A DNA stretch of 64,000 nt. Origin: Octopus sinensis (lineage: Eukaryota). The notes beneath the pieces were generated by a model, which did no database searches, was not told the DNA's origin, and saw only the letters and a program-made list of their open reading frames with translations. The DNA lies in contig NC_042997.1 in NCBI RefSeq assembly GCF_006345805.1, positions 77,624,001-77,688,000 on the forward strand. The letters run 5' to 3'. This document shows positions 1-12,100 of this stretch, one piece after another. The position numbers and the translations under genes are program-made. Position 1 is the first letter of the stretch, and each line of letters starts with the position of its first letter.

Positions 1-3000
1 AGACGACTCAGCAAAACCAGGCAACATTGATACAAAGGCTGACACCTGGACTTACAGGGCACGTACAACAAATACAGACAGCCCAGCAGACCGAATATCC
101 AGTCAGCACAGTCCCAGCAACTACAACAGTCTTGCCAACAATAGGGCAGATGTATCCGGTACAACAAGCATAATAACAGCAAATATCCAGGGTCTTTATC
201 CGAAAACAAAACAGTGTAAAGTCCCTTTCTTGGAAGAATTAGCAACAGAAAACAACTCCAAAATAATTGGAATTACTGAAAGTCATCTCAACGAAAACAT
301 CCGCAACAGCGAAATCACAATCAATAGATTCAACATCTTCAGATGTGATAGACAAGGCAGATCCCATGGGGGCGTTATCATGTATATCCATGATACCTAT
401 GCATGCATAGAACTTGTCAATGAATCAAATGCCTACTGCAACCTGCTGTGCATAAAAATCATCCAACTTAATACAGTTGTAACAATAATGTACAGACCGC
501 CAAACAGCCCAACATTATCCTTCACTGAGCCACTGACGAAGCTCCAACAAATTCTGGGAAACATGGCAAGTCCAATGCCAGACATTATCCTCCTTGGTGA
601 CTTCAACTTCCCTAACATCATCTGGCCACATGGACACATACTAAAACTGGGGACAAAAGCTGAACAAATACAGGCAGCCAAACTGTTGGAAGTCACAGAG
701 AAATTATACCTCAAACAAATGATGACAGAAGCAACAAGAAATAATAATACGATCGACTTGGTTTTCACCAACAACGAGGACACGCTATTTGACCTTCACT
801 CAACCCCAACAATCCTTTCAGACCACAATATTATTGAAATGCATTTACACATTGGTAATGAGCCCAATGCCACAACTCTTAAACAAAAGGACATGCCAAA
901 GCTATGCAGGTATGATTATCACCAGGCAAATTGGGAAACTATTAACAACCAGTTACAAATCATTGACTGGGATCTCTACCTTACTGGGCCAGATAAACAC
1001 AAGAAATTCTTAAACAAGATCGAAGAAATATGTGAAAAAAATGTTCCTCTAAAGAAAACCAAGTCCACAAAAAAACCTGTACCACGGGAGCGAAAGATCC
1101 TGATGCGCAAAAGGTCAAGACTAAGAAACAAAACATCTAAGCTGACATCAAAACATGAATTACAGAAAGTCCTTGACCAAATATACAGATTAGAAGACAA
1201 TCTAAAACAACACTATGATGAAGAACGTAGCAATGCAGAAAAGAAAGCCATAGAAAACATCAAGAAAAATCCAAAATGTTTCTACAGTTTTGCAAAGAAA
1301 TACTCGAACACCAAGTCAACAATAGGACCTCTCCAGAGACAAAATGGGGATGTAGTGAATAACCCTATTGAAATGGCAGAAATGTTGGGTCAACAGTATG
1401 AAAGTGTCTTCAGTGAGCCATCTAAAACCATGAAGATCCATGACCCAGGAAAATTCTTCAAGGATATCGACCATACTAAACCTACCCTATCCGACATTGA
1501 TTTCAACCCAGAAGACATAGAAAGAGCCATAGACAAGCTCTCCATGCACTCGGCTGTGGGGCCTGACGGTTTCAATGCCATGATACTTAAAAACTGCAAG
1601 GCACAATTGTCGAAACCCCTTTACATGATATGGAGGGAATCTATGGAGAATGGCAAAATACCAAATACATATAAAGAAGCACACATAACTCCAATACATA
1701 AAGGGGATAGCAAATCAAAACCAAAGAACTACCGACCAATCTCACTGACATCACACATTATCAAGGTCTTCGAAAGAATAGTTCGTGGAAAACTGGTTGA
1801 GTTCCTGGAATCCAACAATCTGATGAATTGCAACCAGCATGGATTCAGGTTAGGTAGATCATGCCTTTCCCAACTACTGGCACACCATGACCAAATCCTA
1901 GAAAATCTAGAGAATGGATACAACACAGATGTTATCTACCTCGACTTTGCCAAGGCATTTGACAAGGTAGATCATGGCATCCTGGGTCACAAACTTCGAA
2001 AGCTAGGAGTAGGAGGAAAAGTTGGTACATGGATAAACGAGTTCCTTACAAATAGAACTCAAACAGTCACTGTGAATGGAACCCATTCAACACCATCACC
2101 TGTGACCAGCAGTGTTCCTCAGGGTACAGTACTCGGCCCAATCCTGTTTCTCATCCTCATCTCTGACATAGATGAAGATACAACCAGCAACGTCTCATCC
2201 TTTGCTGATGACACCAGGGTCATGAGACAAATCAAAGACGAGGTGGATACAGAGGCCTTACAAAAGGACCTGACCACCATATATAAATGGCAGGAAACAA
2301 ACAACATGTTGTTCAATGATAAGAAGTTTGAACTAATTCGCTACGGAACAGATCAAGATCTGAAAAATACAACAAACTACAGAAACCCATCAGGACAACA
2401 AATAATGGAAAAACAGTATGTGAAAGATTTAGGCATCCACATGGGAACCAACCTAAAATTCAGAGAACACCTTGACTCAGTCTGTCTTACTGCAAGAAAG
2501 TACAGCGGGTGGATCTTGCGCACCTTCAAATCAAGAGATACCTCAACAATGAAAACCCTCTGGAACAGTATGATACTTCCGAGGATTGACTACTGTTCTC
2601 AGTTGTGGTCACCAACAACAAAGGGCCAACTATCTAAGATAGAATCGCTCCAAAGAAATTTTACCTCATACTTCTCAGAAACGAGGGACCTGGACTATTG
2701 GCAAAGACTCAAAACCTTGAGGATGTACTCAATAGAAAGAAGATTTGAGCGATACCGAATTATATACATTTGGAAAATGATAGAGCAGAAGGTGCCAAAC
2801 TTTGGTATCAAAACCTACCACTCACTGCGCCACGGAAGACGCTGCCAGCTGCCACCAATCAACAAAAAGGCTGGCCAGGCAGCAAAAACCCTGCGAGAAT
2901 CAAGTCTGTTGGTTCGAGGAGCACAACTGTTCAACTCCATTCCGGTACATGTCAGAAATCTATCAGGATGCAGTGTAGAATCATTCAAATTGCAACTGGA

Positions 3001-3199
3001 TAGATACTTAAGCACCATTAGAGATGAACCCCATCTCCCAGGATATACACAACGAGCACAAACTGACTCAAACTCGCTCCTACACATGTCAAATTTAAGC
3101 AGAGAATACAACCTGGCAACCACACCAGACTCTGAGGGTGGAGTCTTCGACTTGGCCTGAGCATGGACTCAAACCCAAATGAAATGAAATGAAATGAAA
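1..3199 (+). mobile_element. Non-LTR retrotransposon (LINE), APE-endonuclease type, 5' end outside window; CR1/L2/Proto2-like, clade not resolved
   Basis: Uninterrupted APE+RT ORF, very short 3' UTR after TGA 3158-3160, and a (GAAAT)n tail at 3177-3199. Confidence 0.95.
2..3160 (+). CDS. LINE ORF2 endonuclease/reverse transcriptase (5'-partial)
   Basis: Manual translation shows the frame is open from position 2, upstream of the track's TTG at 230. Motifs: APE IITANIQGL, ITESHL, YRPP, GDFNFP, SDHN; RT YRPISLTS, QHGFR, YLDFAKAFDKV, VPQGTVLGP, SFADD, KDLG. Confidence 0.95.
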   Translation, partial: DDSAKPGNIDTKADTWTYRARTTNTDSPADRISSQHSPSNYNSLANNRADVSGTTSIITANIQGLYPKTKQCKVPFLEELATENNSKIIGITESHLNENIRNSEITINRFNIFRCDRQGRSHGGVIMYIHDTYACIELVNESNAYCNLLCIKIIQLNTVVTIMYRPPNSPTLSFTEPLTKLQQILGNMASPMPDIILLGDFNFPNIIWPHGHILKLGTKAEQIQAAKLLEVTEKLYLKQMMTEATRNNNTIDLVFTNNEDTLFDLHSTPTILSDHNIIEMHLHIGNEPNATTLKQKDMPKLCRYDYHQANWETINNQLQIIDWDLYLTGPDKHKKFLNKIEEICEKNVPLKKTKSTKKPVPRERKILMRKRSRLRNKTSKLTSKHELQKVLDQIYRLEDNLKQHYDEERSNAEKKAIENIKKNPKCFYSFAKKYSNTKSTIGPLQRQNGDVVNNPIEMAEMLGQQYESVFSEPSKTMKIHDPGKFFKDIDHTKPTLSDIDFNPEDIERAIDKLSMHSAVGPDGFNAMILKNCKAQLSKPLYMIWRESMENGKIPNTYKEAHITPIHKGDSKSKPKNYRPISLTSHIIKVFERIVRGKLVEFLESNNLMNCNQHGFRLGRSCLSQLLAHHDQILENLENGYNTDVIYLDFAKAFDKVDHGILGHKLRKLGVGGKVGTWINEFLTNRTQTVTVNGTHSTPSPVTSSVPQGTVLGPILFLILISDIDEDTTSNVSSFADDTRVMRQIKDEVDTEALQKDLTTIYKWQETNNMLFNDKKFELIRYGTDQDLKNTTNYRNPSGQQIMEKQYVKDLGIHMGTNLKFREHLDSVCLTARKYSGWILRTFKSRDTSTMKTLWNSMILPRIDYCSQLWSPTTKGQLSKIESLQRNFTSYFSETRDLDYWQRLKTLRMYSIERRFERYRIIYIWKMIEQKVPNFGIKTYHSLRHGRRCQLPPINKKAGQAAKTLRESSLLVRGAQLFNSIPVHVRNLSGCSVESFKLQLDRYLSTIRDEPHLPGYTQRAQTDSNSLLHMSNLSREYNLATTPDSEGGVFDLA

Positions 3200-3249
3200 A
3201 TGCTTAAGGTGGGTTTTGTGTTACTCCCTTACTCTTTTTTTCTTATAAT

Positions 3250-3850
3250 GGTGCAGGCATGGCTGTGTGGTAAGAAGCTTGCTTCCTTCCCAACCACATG
3301 GTTCCTAGTTTAGTTCCACTGTGTTGGCACCTCAGGCAAGTGTCTTCAACTATAGCCTTGGGCCGACCAAAGCCTTGTGAGTGGATTTGGTTGACGGAAA
3401 CTGAAAGAAGCTAATTATGTGTGTGTGTCTTGTTTTGTAATGGAACTCACCTTGTGGGTGGGGTTCAGCTGGCTGCTATTGTGAGTTCATAGGAGTTTCA
3501 AGGGATGACCAGAATCTGTGAAAACAGTTCCCATCTGTATTCATAAACCACCATACATGACTGGTGGCAAGTTGTCCTTCTGTCATGCCTTCTCGCCACA
3601 GGATCCTTGCAGATGTGATCCAACACCACCAGGAAGCCCTGTGTGTCTGTGTTTGTCTCTCACCACTGATTGATAACCGGTATTGGTGTGTCTACATCCC
3701 CATAGCTTAGTGGTTTGGCAAAAGAGACTGATAGAATAAGTACCAGGCTTAAAAAGAAAATAAGTGCTGGGGTCAATTAGTTTGACTAAAATTCCTCAAG
3801 GCAGTGCTCCAGCATCGCCACAGTCTAATGACTGAAACACGTAAAAGATA
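3250..3850 (+). mobile_element. tRNA-type SINE (family A), interrupted in its central microsatellite linker
   Basis: Head TGGCTGTGTGGTAAG and 3' half match the copy at 54482-54878; about 200 bp of unrelated sequence sits in the (GT)n linker. Confidence 0.75.
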
Positions 3851-4473
3851 ATGCTTTACTAAATAATGTCTATTCCACTTGAAAATATTAAATAGTTATC
3901 AGAAAATATCAAATTTGCCAGACCATATTGCAGTCTCATCTCTACTACCCTTCATTTTGTAACCTTTTTTTTATTTGACAACTTCTCAGACTAATAACAT
4001 ACTTTTTAAATAGTTATTAAACTTGAGGTGATTGTGAGTTCTTTCTTGCTACCTAGGGTATTATTATTTATTATTCACTTAGATCCTGTGTCAAAATATT
4101 TTCAATTGTGATCTCTATTTATAAACAATATTGCCACTTTAGCCTTTGTCATCAAACTCTGATCTGTATATTTATAAACAATATTCTCTATTTTAGCTTT
4201 TTCTATTAAAACCAGTCAATCACGAGAAGTGTTGAACTCATTTCAGCATCATTCTTTCTATGATTCCAATTAAAAAAGATTTACCTCAACTTTGCAAAAT
4301 CAAAAATGTTTCAGTGCTTCCTCAGAACCCAAAGAGAATTTATTAATTGCATGCAATCTCAAAATATTTAACGTTTTCCTTAACTGACCTTGCATAAGTA
4401 TTATAAAGAACAATTTTTATGAAAGTTGGGTTAGTGTGAACCCCTGTTCTTTGTTAGAAGGTTAAATATTTTA

Positions 4474-4520
4474 GTGTGTGTGTGTGTGTACATGCACACG
4501 TGTGTGTGTGTGTGTGTGTG
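4474..4520. repeat. (GT)n microsatellite, interrupted
   Basis: Directly visible. Confidence 0.95.
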
Positions 4521-4526
4521 TATGCT

Positions 4527-4763
4527 GAGATCCCCTTTGGTCATGACGGACCATGGGATTGCACCTAGATAGTTACCCTCCCAGGCACAAGTCCAGGCAA
4601 GGTTGTTTTATGGAAGACCAGCAGTCGTCTGTGCATATTGGCCTCCCTTCTCTATGCCACCAGTGTTATCCAAGGGAAAGGCAAAGGCTGATACAGCTTG
4701 GCACCCGGTCCGGGATTTGAACTCACAACCTCACAATTGTAAGCTCGATGCTCTAACCACTGT
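4527..4763 (-). mobile_element. SINE (family B), internally deleted
   Basis: Reverse complement aligns to the copy at 52400-52715 but lacks its central core. Confidence 0.7.
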
Positions 4764-4859
4764 GTAGACAATGCTGCAGTGCATGCCCAAATGCCCCAGG
4801 CTTAATGGCAGTAGTAAACATGATTATTCTTGCTCCCTGGAGACGAGATACGGCTGGTT

Positions 4860-6571
4860 TTATAGCATGACAGTTTAGTCCTAACTACCCCCAAAGGATA
4901 TCCCACCTCATATAAATGGAGAAAGTAGCCCTCTGGATTTCCTTTCCCTGTTTTGGGATGATGTGCTTTGAAACATTTTGGCCAGAGAAAGTAATAAGAA
5001 TTCCACACATGTCAAGGCTGCTAAGTCCAATGTGCTACAAAAAAAAAATGGTATGACATGATAGTAAAAGAGATGATGGCCTTCTTTGGTTGTAGAGTTG
5101 CCATAGAGATGTTAGTTCATAAGGATAGGGATGATCAATACTGGTGTACAGAAGGTGGCTTTTTGACATCAACTCCAGGATTTGGGCAGGTCATGGTAAG
5201 GGACAGGTTTTAGCTATATGGTCAATGTTACACTGTGTTGATGAGGATGATCCTAATGTAAATAAGACAAAATATACAAACCACAGCTAATTATTGATTA
5301 TATCTTGCCATGGTTTCAAAAACATTTTGTGCTTGAATGTGAGTTATCTTTAGATGAAGGCATGATTCCAACCAAAAACGCCTTATTCATAAAGCAATAC
5401 ATCAGACAAACCCATCTATTAGGTTTAGACATTCTTGCTAACAGACAGTGCAAGTGGTTACATTGTGAATGCTGAAGTGTACACTGGATGCTCGAGCAGT
5501 TGATAATTTGGGTGTCGTAGGGAATCTCGTAGTGCAAATGACAGAGTGGGTATCAGGCCCAGAACTATTCACTATTCATGGACAGATTTTATTCATCAGT
5601 TGAGCTTGCAGAATATTTATTGGATAAAGGCATAGGATTATGCGGACCAGCTTTGATCAACAGAAGGTCTTTCCCAAGTCTCTCAAAAGAACTAACATGT
5701 AAATTCAAAAAGGGGAATCAGTGGTTCTGTTCAGTGGGAATGTTGCAGTGATGGTATAGATGGACAAATGCCCCATATATTTTGTTTTGTCAATTTATGT
5801 GGATTCACCCATGACCTTATTCACTAGATATGATCGTAATGCACACAGAAAGGTACCTGTCCCCTGTCCGATAGCAGTGAAGAGTTACAATAACTTCATG
5901 GGAGGAAAAGACAAAAATGACTAAATGACGTGCCTGCAAAAATGTCAATGCCATTACAAATGACCATGCCAATTAGTGATGAAGTTCTTTATGTGGATAT
6001 CATATAATGCCTATGTTTTGCAGGAATTTCACAAACCTCATGTCTAGCCCAACAAAAAAACCTTCACATTCCATGCTTTCTTGGATAAACTTTGTCATGA
6101 ACTAATTGGTGATGTGTGGGTCGACATGGTCATCCAGCAACTACAAAGGATTGTTTGGTTGACATTGGATTGCATGAGGTGGAACAAGCTGAACATGCAA
6201 CCACAAATAATCGTGCTGTGTGCATGGAGAAACATAGGTAGGCTAAGAGAGCAAATACTAATGCTCAGTATAAGGACTTGCCAAAACAAAGACTATTTTC
6301 TGGTGTAACCACTGCAAAGTTTTCCTCTGTATTAGGAAACCAGGATCAAACTGCTGGCATGATTGGCACAACAAAGTGCAGTATTGGAGCTAAATTAGTG
6401 AAAAAAGACTTGAACATCTTGTATTCTACCATATTTTACTATTTTGTATCCTTGTATTGTGAACAAAGCATGTCTTTCAGCATATCTCCTAAAATAAAAA
6501 ATTTTCAGTGAAATTCACTGGGAGCTTAGGGTGGTGCATTCAATTCTTGTGGGTGGTTAGAATTCAAAGGG
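4860..6571 (+). mobile_element. Decayed piggyBac (PGBD4-like) DNA transposon, 5' terminus missing
   Basis: Frameshifted remnants SPLDFLSLFWDD, LSLDEGMIP (GAT 5353), FMDRFYSS (GAC 5581), FMGGKDKND (GAC 5910), and Cys-rich tail CAVC...FWCNHCKVFLC...CWHDWH; ends AGGG followed by TTAA (6572-6575). Confidence 0.85.
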
Positions 6572-8354
6572 TTAAAGAAATATCTTATGTAATTATTTAT
6601 TTTCATTTATATTTATTCCTCAACTAATAATGTTTACTTGTATAAAACATGTAATTTAATTACACACAACCTTAAACATTTGTCAAAGCTAACCTATTTT
6701 TAATCCTCTTGAAATTCATATGGCTAACAGTTCCTACTGGTTGATGGCTGTATGTTAATAAGATACAGTTTAGCAGAAAATACAGAATTGAATATGTTCA
6801 GCATTTGTGTATATGGGTGTGTGTTTTATACATGCAAATCACTTGACCTTAAAATTTCCTTTACCATAAATGAAAGGGTTAAACAGTTTGTGATTGCTAA
6901 TTCTTTGTTTTTATGCTATGGATTTTAATCTGCTATTTATCTGAATTGACTTCAAAGACCGAATAATGATTGCCTGTTTGGTAGAATGGTGAGTGAAAAC
7001 AATTTTCAGCTTAATCAACAACTTAATGAAGATGTATTTCCATTAATCAAAACTCTACTTAATTTCCTTGATTACTTAATTGTAAAATTGTGTTACAATG
7101 TTTACATTTATTTCAGCAATCTTATTTAGGCACTTACTGGACCTAATTATTCTTAGTTTGGGTGGCAAACTACATTAAATAGCAAAAGCAATCAACTTTT
7201 TAACAACTGACATTCAGTTATGATTTCTTGTTTCGAATTTTTTTTTTTATCCAAATAATGGATCGAAAACCAAATGCATTATCACTGAGCTATGGCTACT
7301 CTTTATGACACAGAAAAAGTTTTTTTTTTTTTTTCTAACATATAAAGGGGAAAACAAATCAACCACAGTGGGATTTGAGCTGAAAAAGGCTGTAGCTAAG
7401 TATCACAAATGTCAGACATGCTGACAATTTTGTCAATCCACTACAACAATAACAAGAATAAAATATAAATTATAACTGAAAACAAAACTACAACTGGCAA
7501 AAGAACTGAATAATGAGCTGAATAAAAAAAAAATACATGTGTATTTATTTTCAAGTTAAATTTAGATATACCTGCCTCTCCTCCCTAATATATCTTCAAC
7601 AAATATTCCCTCCTATTTCAAGGGACCCTTAGACTCTTTTTGTTTGTTAGTGTTTTGTCCCTGTACTTGCTTTGTTCTAACATTTCAATATGAATACCCT
7701 TCAGTGATTTCTTAACAAACAGCCTAAGTGAGAACAATAGACTAGCTTCAAGCTTTTGTTATTGCATATTGAAAGCAGCAATGGTTGCTGCTTGATCACT
7801 TACACCTTATATAGCTACTTTATATATCTAGTTATATTGGAGGTCATCTTGTATTTTGGCCTTCTCAATGTTTTCTCTCTATTATACCTCATTGTATTCT
7901 TAAAAATAAAAATAAAAATAGTATTGTTATTGACTTTCCACTGAATGTTATGTGTCTGCATATATCTTTTAATATAATTTTTAAAATTTGTAGTCCATAT
8001 ATATTTTGCACACAATATTATGTGTTTGTATAGATATATACCCATACACACTGTGTGTGTGTGTGTGTGTGTGTTTTGATAAATGTTTCTTTACAGAAAT
8101 ACTTATGCAGATTTGATTCTCGGACCTTATGAAACAGTTTGAACTATTCATATTTCTACAAATTTGTCTTAATATGCAAATGAGAAGTGGAGATTGACTA
8201 AGCTCTTAAGTTAAGATGCTGCTACCATCTTACTTGAAATAAATTCACTAAATAACATTGCCAGTGATTTATATTAAGGTTTTATCAGTCAGATGGTGTA
8301 CTGGGTATGCGTTATTATACAAATGTAAAATTTAAAAATTGGCTTTAATTTTTT

Positions 8355-8600
8355 ATCATCATCATCATCATTTAACGTCCGCTTTCCATGCTTGGTTGGA
8401 TGATTTTGACTGAGGGCTGGCGAACCAGATGGCTGCACCAGGCTCCAATCTTGATTTGGCGGAGTTTCTACAGCTGGATGCCCTTCCTAACACCAACCAC
8501 TCCGAGAGTGTAGTGGGTGCTTTTTACGTGCCACTGGCACGGGGGCCAGTCAGGCGGTACTGGCAATGACCTCGCTCAAATTCTTTTACACATCCTTTTT
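8355..8600 (-). mobile_element. RTE-family 3' end fragment with (ATG)n tail
   Basis: (CAT)n then sequence matching the 3' UTR of the ORF-bearing RTE copies at 33026 and 36010. Confidence 0.8.
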
Positions 8601-9031
8601 ATAATATATAATATTCAGATTTTGAGCCCTGCATATGTTTAGATTGCCAACTCTTTAAGTATTTTTCCTAAATTGTTGGAAAATGTTTACCAATCAGTGA
8701 AATTACAGCTTATTTTTCATCTAGAGTGATAGAGAGGTACAATCTTGCTCTAAATACCACATGTAGTTCTTTGAAATGTCACAAAAATCACACAGTACTT
8801 GACCATCTCTGGATCTAACAAGTGTAGGCTCAAAGATATGCAGTGGGAAAATGAAAGAGAAGTTGCACCTGAATGTATTAGGACAGCATCTGAATAGCTA
8901 AAGTATCAGTTAATGTATCTTGAAATAAGGACAGATAATATCAGCATAGACTTATAGGAAGATGATTCATAGTAAATGAGTATCCATAAGTTGGTAATTT
9001 TGCACTACATTGGTTTCTTTTCTTTTACAGG

Positions 9032-9055
9032 ATGTTAATGACTAAAGGTATATAA
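9032..9055 (+). promoter_or_regulatory. Upstream ORF (MLMTKGI*) in 5' UTR
   Basis: ATG 9032 and ATG 9038 share a frame; TAA 9053-9055 ends 2 nt before the main ATG. Confidence 0.5.
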
Positions 9056-9057
9056 TA

Positions 9058-9198
9058 ATGGAGATAGAAGACTTGTCCCAATTACCTGAGCATTACCTCA
9101 ATGGTTGGGACCGACATCACAGCCTTTCTTTGGCAACTACAAAAGGTTTACGTAATCCTCCTGGAGAAAATAACTGTTTCTTGAACAGTGCTGTACAG
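9058..9198 (+). CDS. USP54: USP54-like coding exon 1 (exon starts 9031; Cys box)
   Basis: tttacag acceptor at 9030; in-frame TAA 9043-9045 upstream of ATG; MEIEDL...[10 protein letters not shown]; CAG|gtaagt; phase 0. Confidence 0.92.
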
Positions 9199-12100
9199 GT
9201 AAGTTTACATATTTGGGACTTTTTACCTCACTTGAAATTGGAATGTTCTTAAGATTTCCTAGTGTTTTTCAAGAATTTCATAAGAGAAATAAAACGAATA
9301 GCTTAACGCTAAATGTACTCTGAACAGAGAGAATAGTATGGAATATTTTAAAGACATCAATCTTAAGTTTTACGCATCCCAATACTATGAAGGTAATCAA
9401 TTTCATAGACAATAATTGTGCTATATTCAGCCTAAAATGTTAATTATCTTTTCTACATGTGGTCATGGTATGCCAACACACACCACTTGAGGCATTTTAC
9501 TGAATTTACTTTTATTGATGAAGACTACTCTCTGTATTTATCTGGAGATCACCCACTCTTCAAGGTAAAATTCAAGACAATAGGTAAATTACTATATATA
9601 TATGTGTGTGTAGTAAAAATTATTAAGCCTCTTCTTTCCCTTCCTCTCTGTTCATAATGTGTATTTAAATATATCAATGAGACCAAACTATCACGGTTAT
9701 CCCATCAACTGTAAGTTAGTTGTAATGATGTACTTCTGACATCTCATTGCAGGTCACACATCTTCTATTCACTTACGTATTTGGAAAATCCTGCTTTTCA
9801 CGTATCCCAAATAGGAAATTACTTGAATATCTATTTTCATTGATGCACTCTGTTGCTGTAACAGCTGCACCTCATGCATGAAATGTTTTAACTTCTATAT
9901 TTCATAGTCAACTATTTTACTAGTACAGCTACATTTCTACACTTGAGAGAGATAGAAATATCCTTCCACTTTTGACTAAGTCATTAAAAAAAAAAAAATT
10001 TTATGGAATTTTGATCCAATTAGAAACAGTTGACAACAATAAATAGATTTATTTCTCTTCCTGCATAATGGATGATGTCATTTAGTTTCCATTTCTCTTT
10101 GAATTTCTTGCCCTGAAAAGAAGGGCTGAAACATGTTCAAACATGAAATCTTTCTGAGTTGCAATCCCTACTGCATCCTTCTTCCTTTATTGTACCTTAC
10201 TAATATGATGATCAGGCAGTCAAATGCTCTTCTATTCTACATTATTACTATATGATTTCCACCAGTTTTACTCTTCTTTTGTTGTGTTCAGTATTGATTC
10301 TTACTACATGTAATCAGTCGACTGTGTATTTAGTTATTGATAACTGCTGACTCCTGTGGGCTTTGTATGAATTTTTAAAGGTTTGTAACAATTAGATTGT
10401 AATATTACAGGTGAGAGTTTCAATAGGTCTGTTGGTTTCTGTTAAGATGTAGTTAATCAAGTTATTTTTATAATCTTTCATCATTCATGTCATTTTGTTT
10501 CACTGCATCTTTTTTTTCTGCTAGATGTTTTTTCATTTCCCAACTGCCTTCTCTACGTTCATCTTGTAACTTATTCTATCCACTATGCCCATTTCTTTTC
10601 CCATCTTGCTTTTTAAAATTTTCAAACTTATCTTTGTATTTTTGATCCCTTTGATGTGTCATCTCTTTGTCCTCCTTCCTTTTTCTTCCCATTCCTTTTA
10701 TTTCCTTTATTTATTGCCAGTCTCCTATTTAGTTTCAGTTTTGATTTTACCTGTCTTTATCTTCCTTCTATTAGGTAATTATAATAATAACCCTTTCTAC
10801 TAAAGGCACAAGGCTTGAAATTTGATAAAAGGAGACTAGTTGATTACATCAACTCTAGTGTTTCAATGGTACTTAATTTATCAACCCTAAAAGGATGAAA
10901 GGCAAAGTCAACCCTGGCGGAATTTGAACTCAGAATGTAGCAATGCGTGAAATACTGCTAAGCATTTCATCCAGTGTGCTAACAATTCTGCTAGCTTGCT
11001 GCCTTATGTAATAATAATAATGATAATAATCTGTTGAATTCAATTTACTGTGCTCTGGCACTGAAATTGTATCAAAGCAAAAAACTAATAAGTAAAATAG
11101 GTGAGCCACTACTGTACTTTGGTTTTAAATCCTTATTGTAGCTATTTCATATCAAGATCTAAGGCCTTGTTGTACCTATTAAATAAATCAATACCAACAG
11201 TTGTATTGCCTGTCTTACAAAATTATCCTTGATAAATGGAGTATGATAGCTCTCTTTTACCTTCTTTTCTCATTATTTACTGGTTTAAACCCAGATAAAC
11301 CCTAAATTCAGCTGACCTATGATAAAAGGTGTTGAACTTTGATTAGTTCATCTTTGTTTCAGATTGAGTGTATCAGTGCTACTTTTGTCACTTATCATTT
11401 CTTTTTTAAAATAGTCTTGTGATTTGAGCAAGTTACATTTATGTTGAGGAAAAGGGGCAGTGTCCATACCGTTTGCAAGCTTTCCAGACAAGTGTGGTTG
11501 ATGTTTAGCTTTAACAGGTTGTTGACCTATAAGAAGGGGAGAGACTTCCTGAGGGTTGTGGTTTTGTAGTAGGAATGATTAAGTAAAGTGTTGTGTGTGT
11601 GGGGAGACAGTGTAGAGAAGTGGTAAGTAGCAGGTGGGCTTCAGCATGTACGAGCGGGTACCCAAAAGTAACAGGAAACGTTCTCTGTGGGACAAGCCTG
11701 TTGTAGTTCAGGCTTCTGCTGCTAGAAACCACTTGATGGAGCCCTCAAATTTCAGTCTGCTGACCAGTAGCACTGACTGGAGTCGTACTGCCATGTGGTG
11801 CATCTTTGTTTTGCAGTGCTTCTCCCCTGTTCATCAATTTTTTGCAATGTTTAAAAGGAAGGAACAGCATGCTTCCATGAAATTCTCTTTTTTTGCTGGG
11901 GAAAATGGCAGCCAAAACAGTTGTCACGACTCAAACAGCTTACAAGGACACTGCCATGAGCAAAACACAAGTTTATGAGTGGCTTTCATGCTTTAGGAAT
12001 GGTTACTTGTCACCAACTTCATTCAGGGCCACTGTCAACCTCCTGAACGAATGAAAACATCACGAACAATTGATGAACTTGTTGATATGACTGGTGTGCC

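Noticed and set aside
433-3123. Several 65-116 aa ORFs overlapping the LINE ORF in other frames or antisense
   Set aside because: Shadow ORFs of a long coding sequence, with no recognisable motifs.
6873-6882. Second piggyBac-like end AAAGGGTTAA
   Set aside because: No matching left TTAACCC terminus; too short to be significant in AT-rich DNA.
7773-7793. Perfect 9-bp hairpin AAGCAGCAA-TGG-TTGCTGCTT
   Set aside because: About one such stem is expected by chance in 64 kb; no supporting context.
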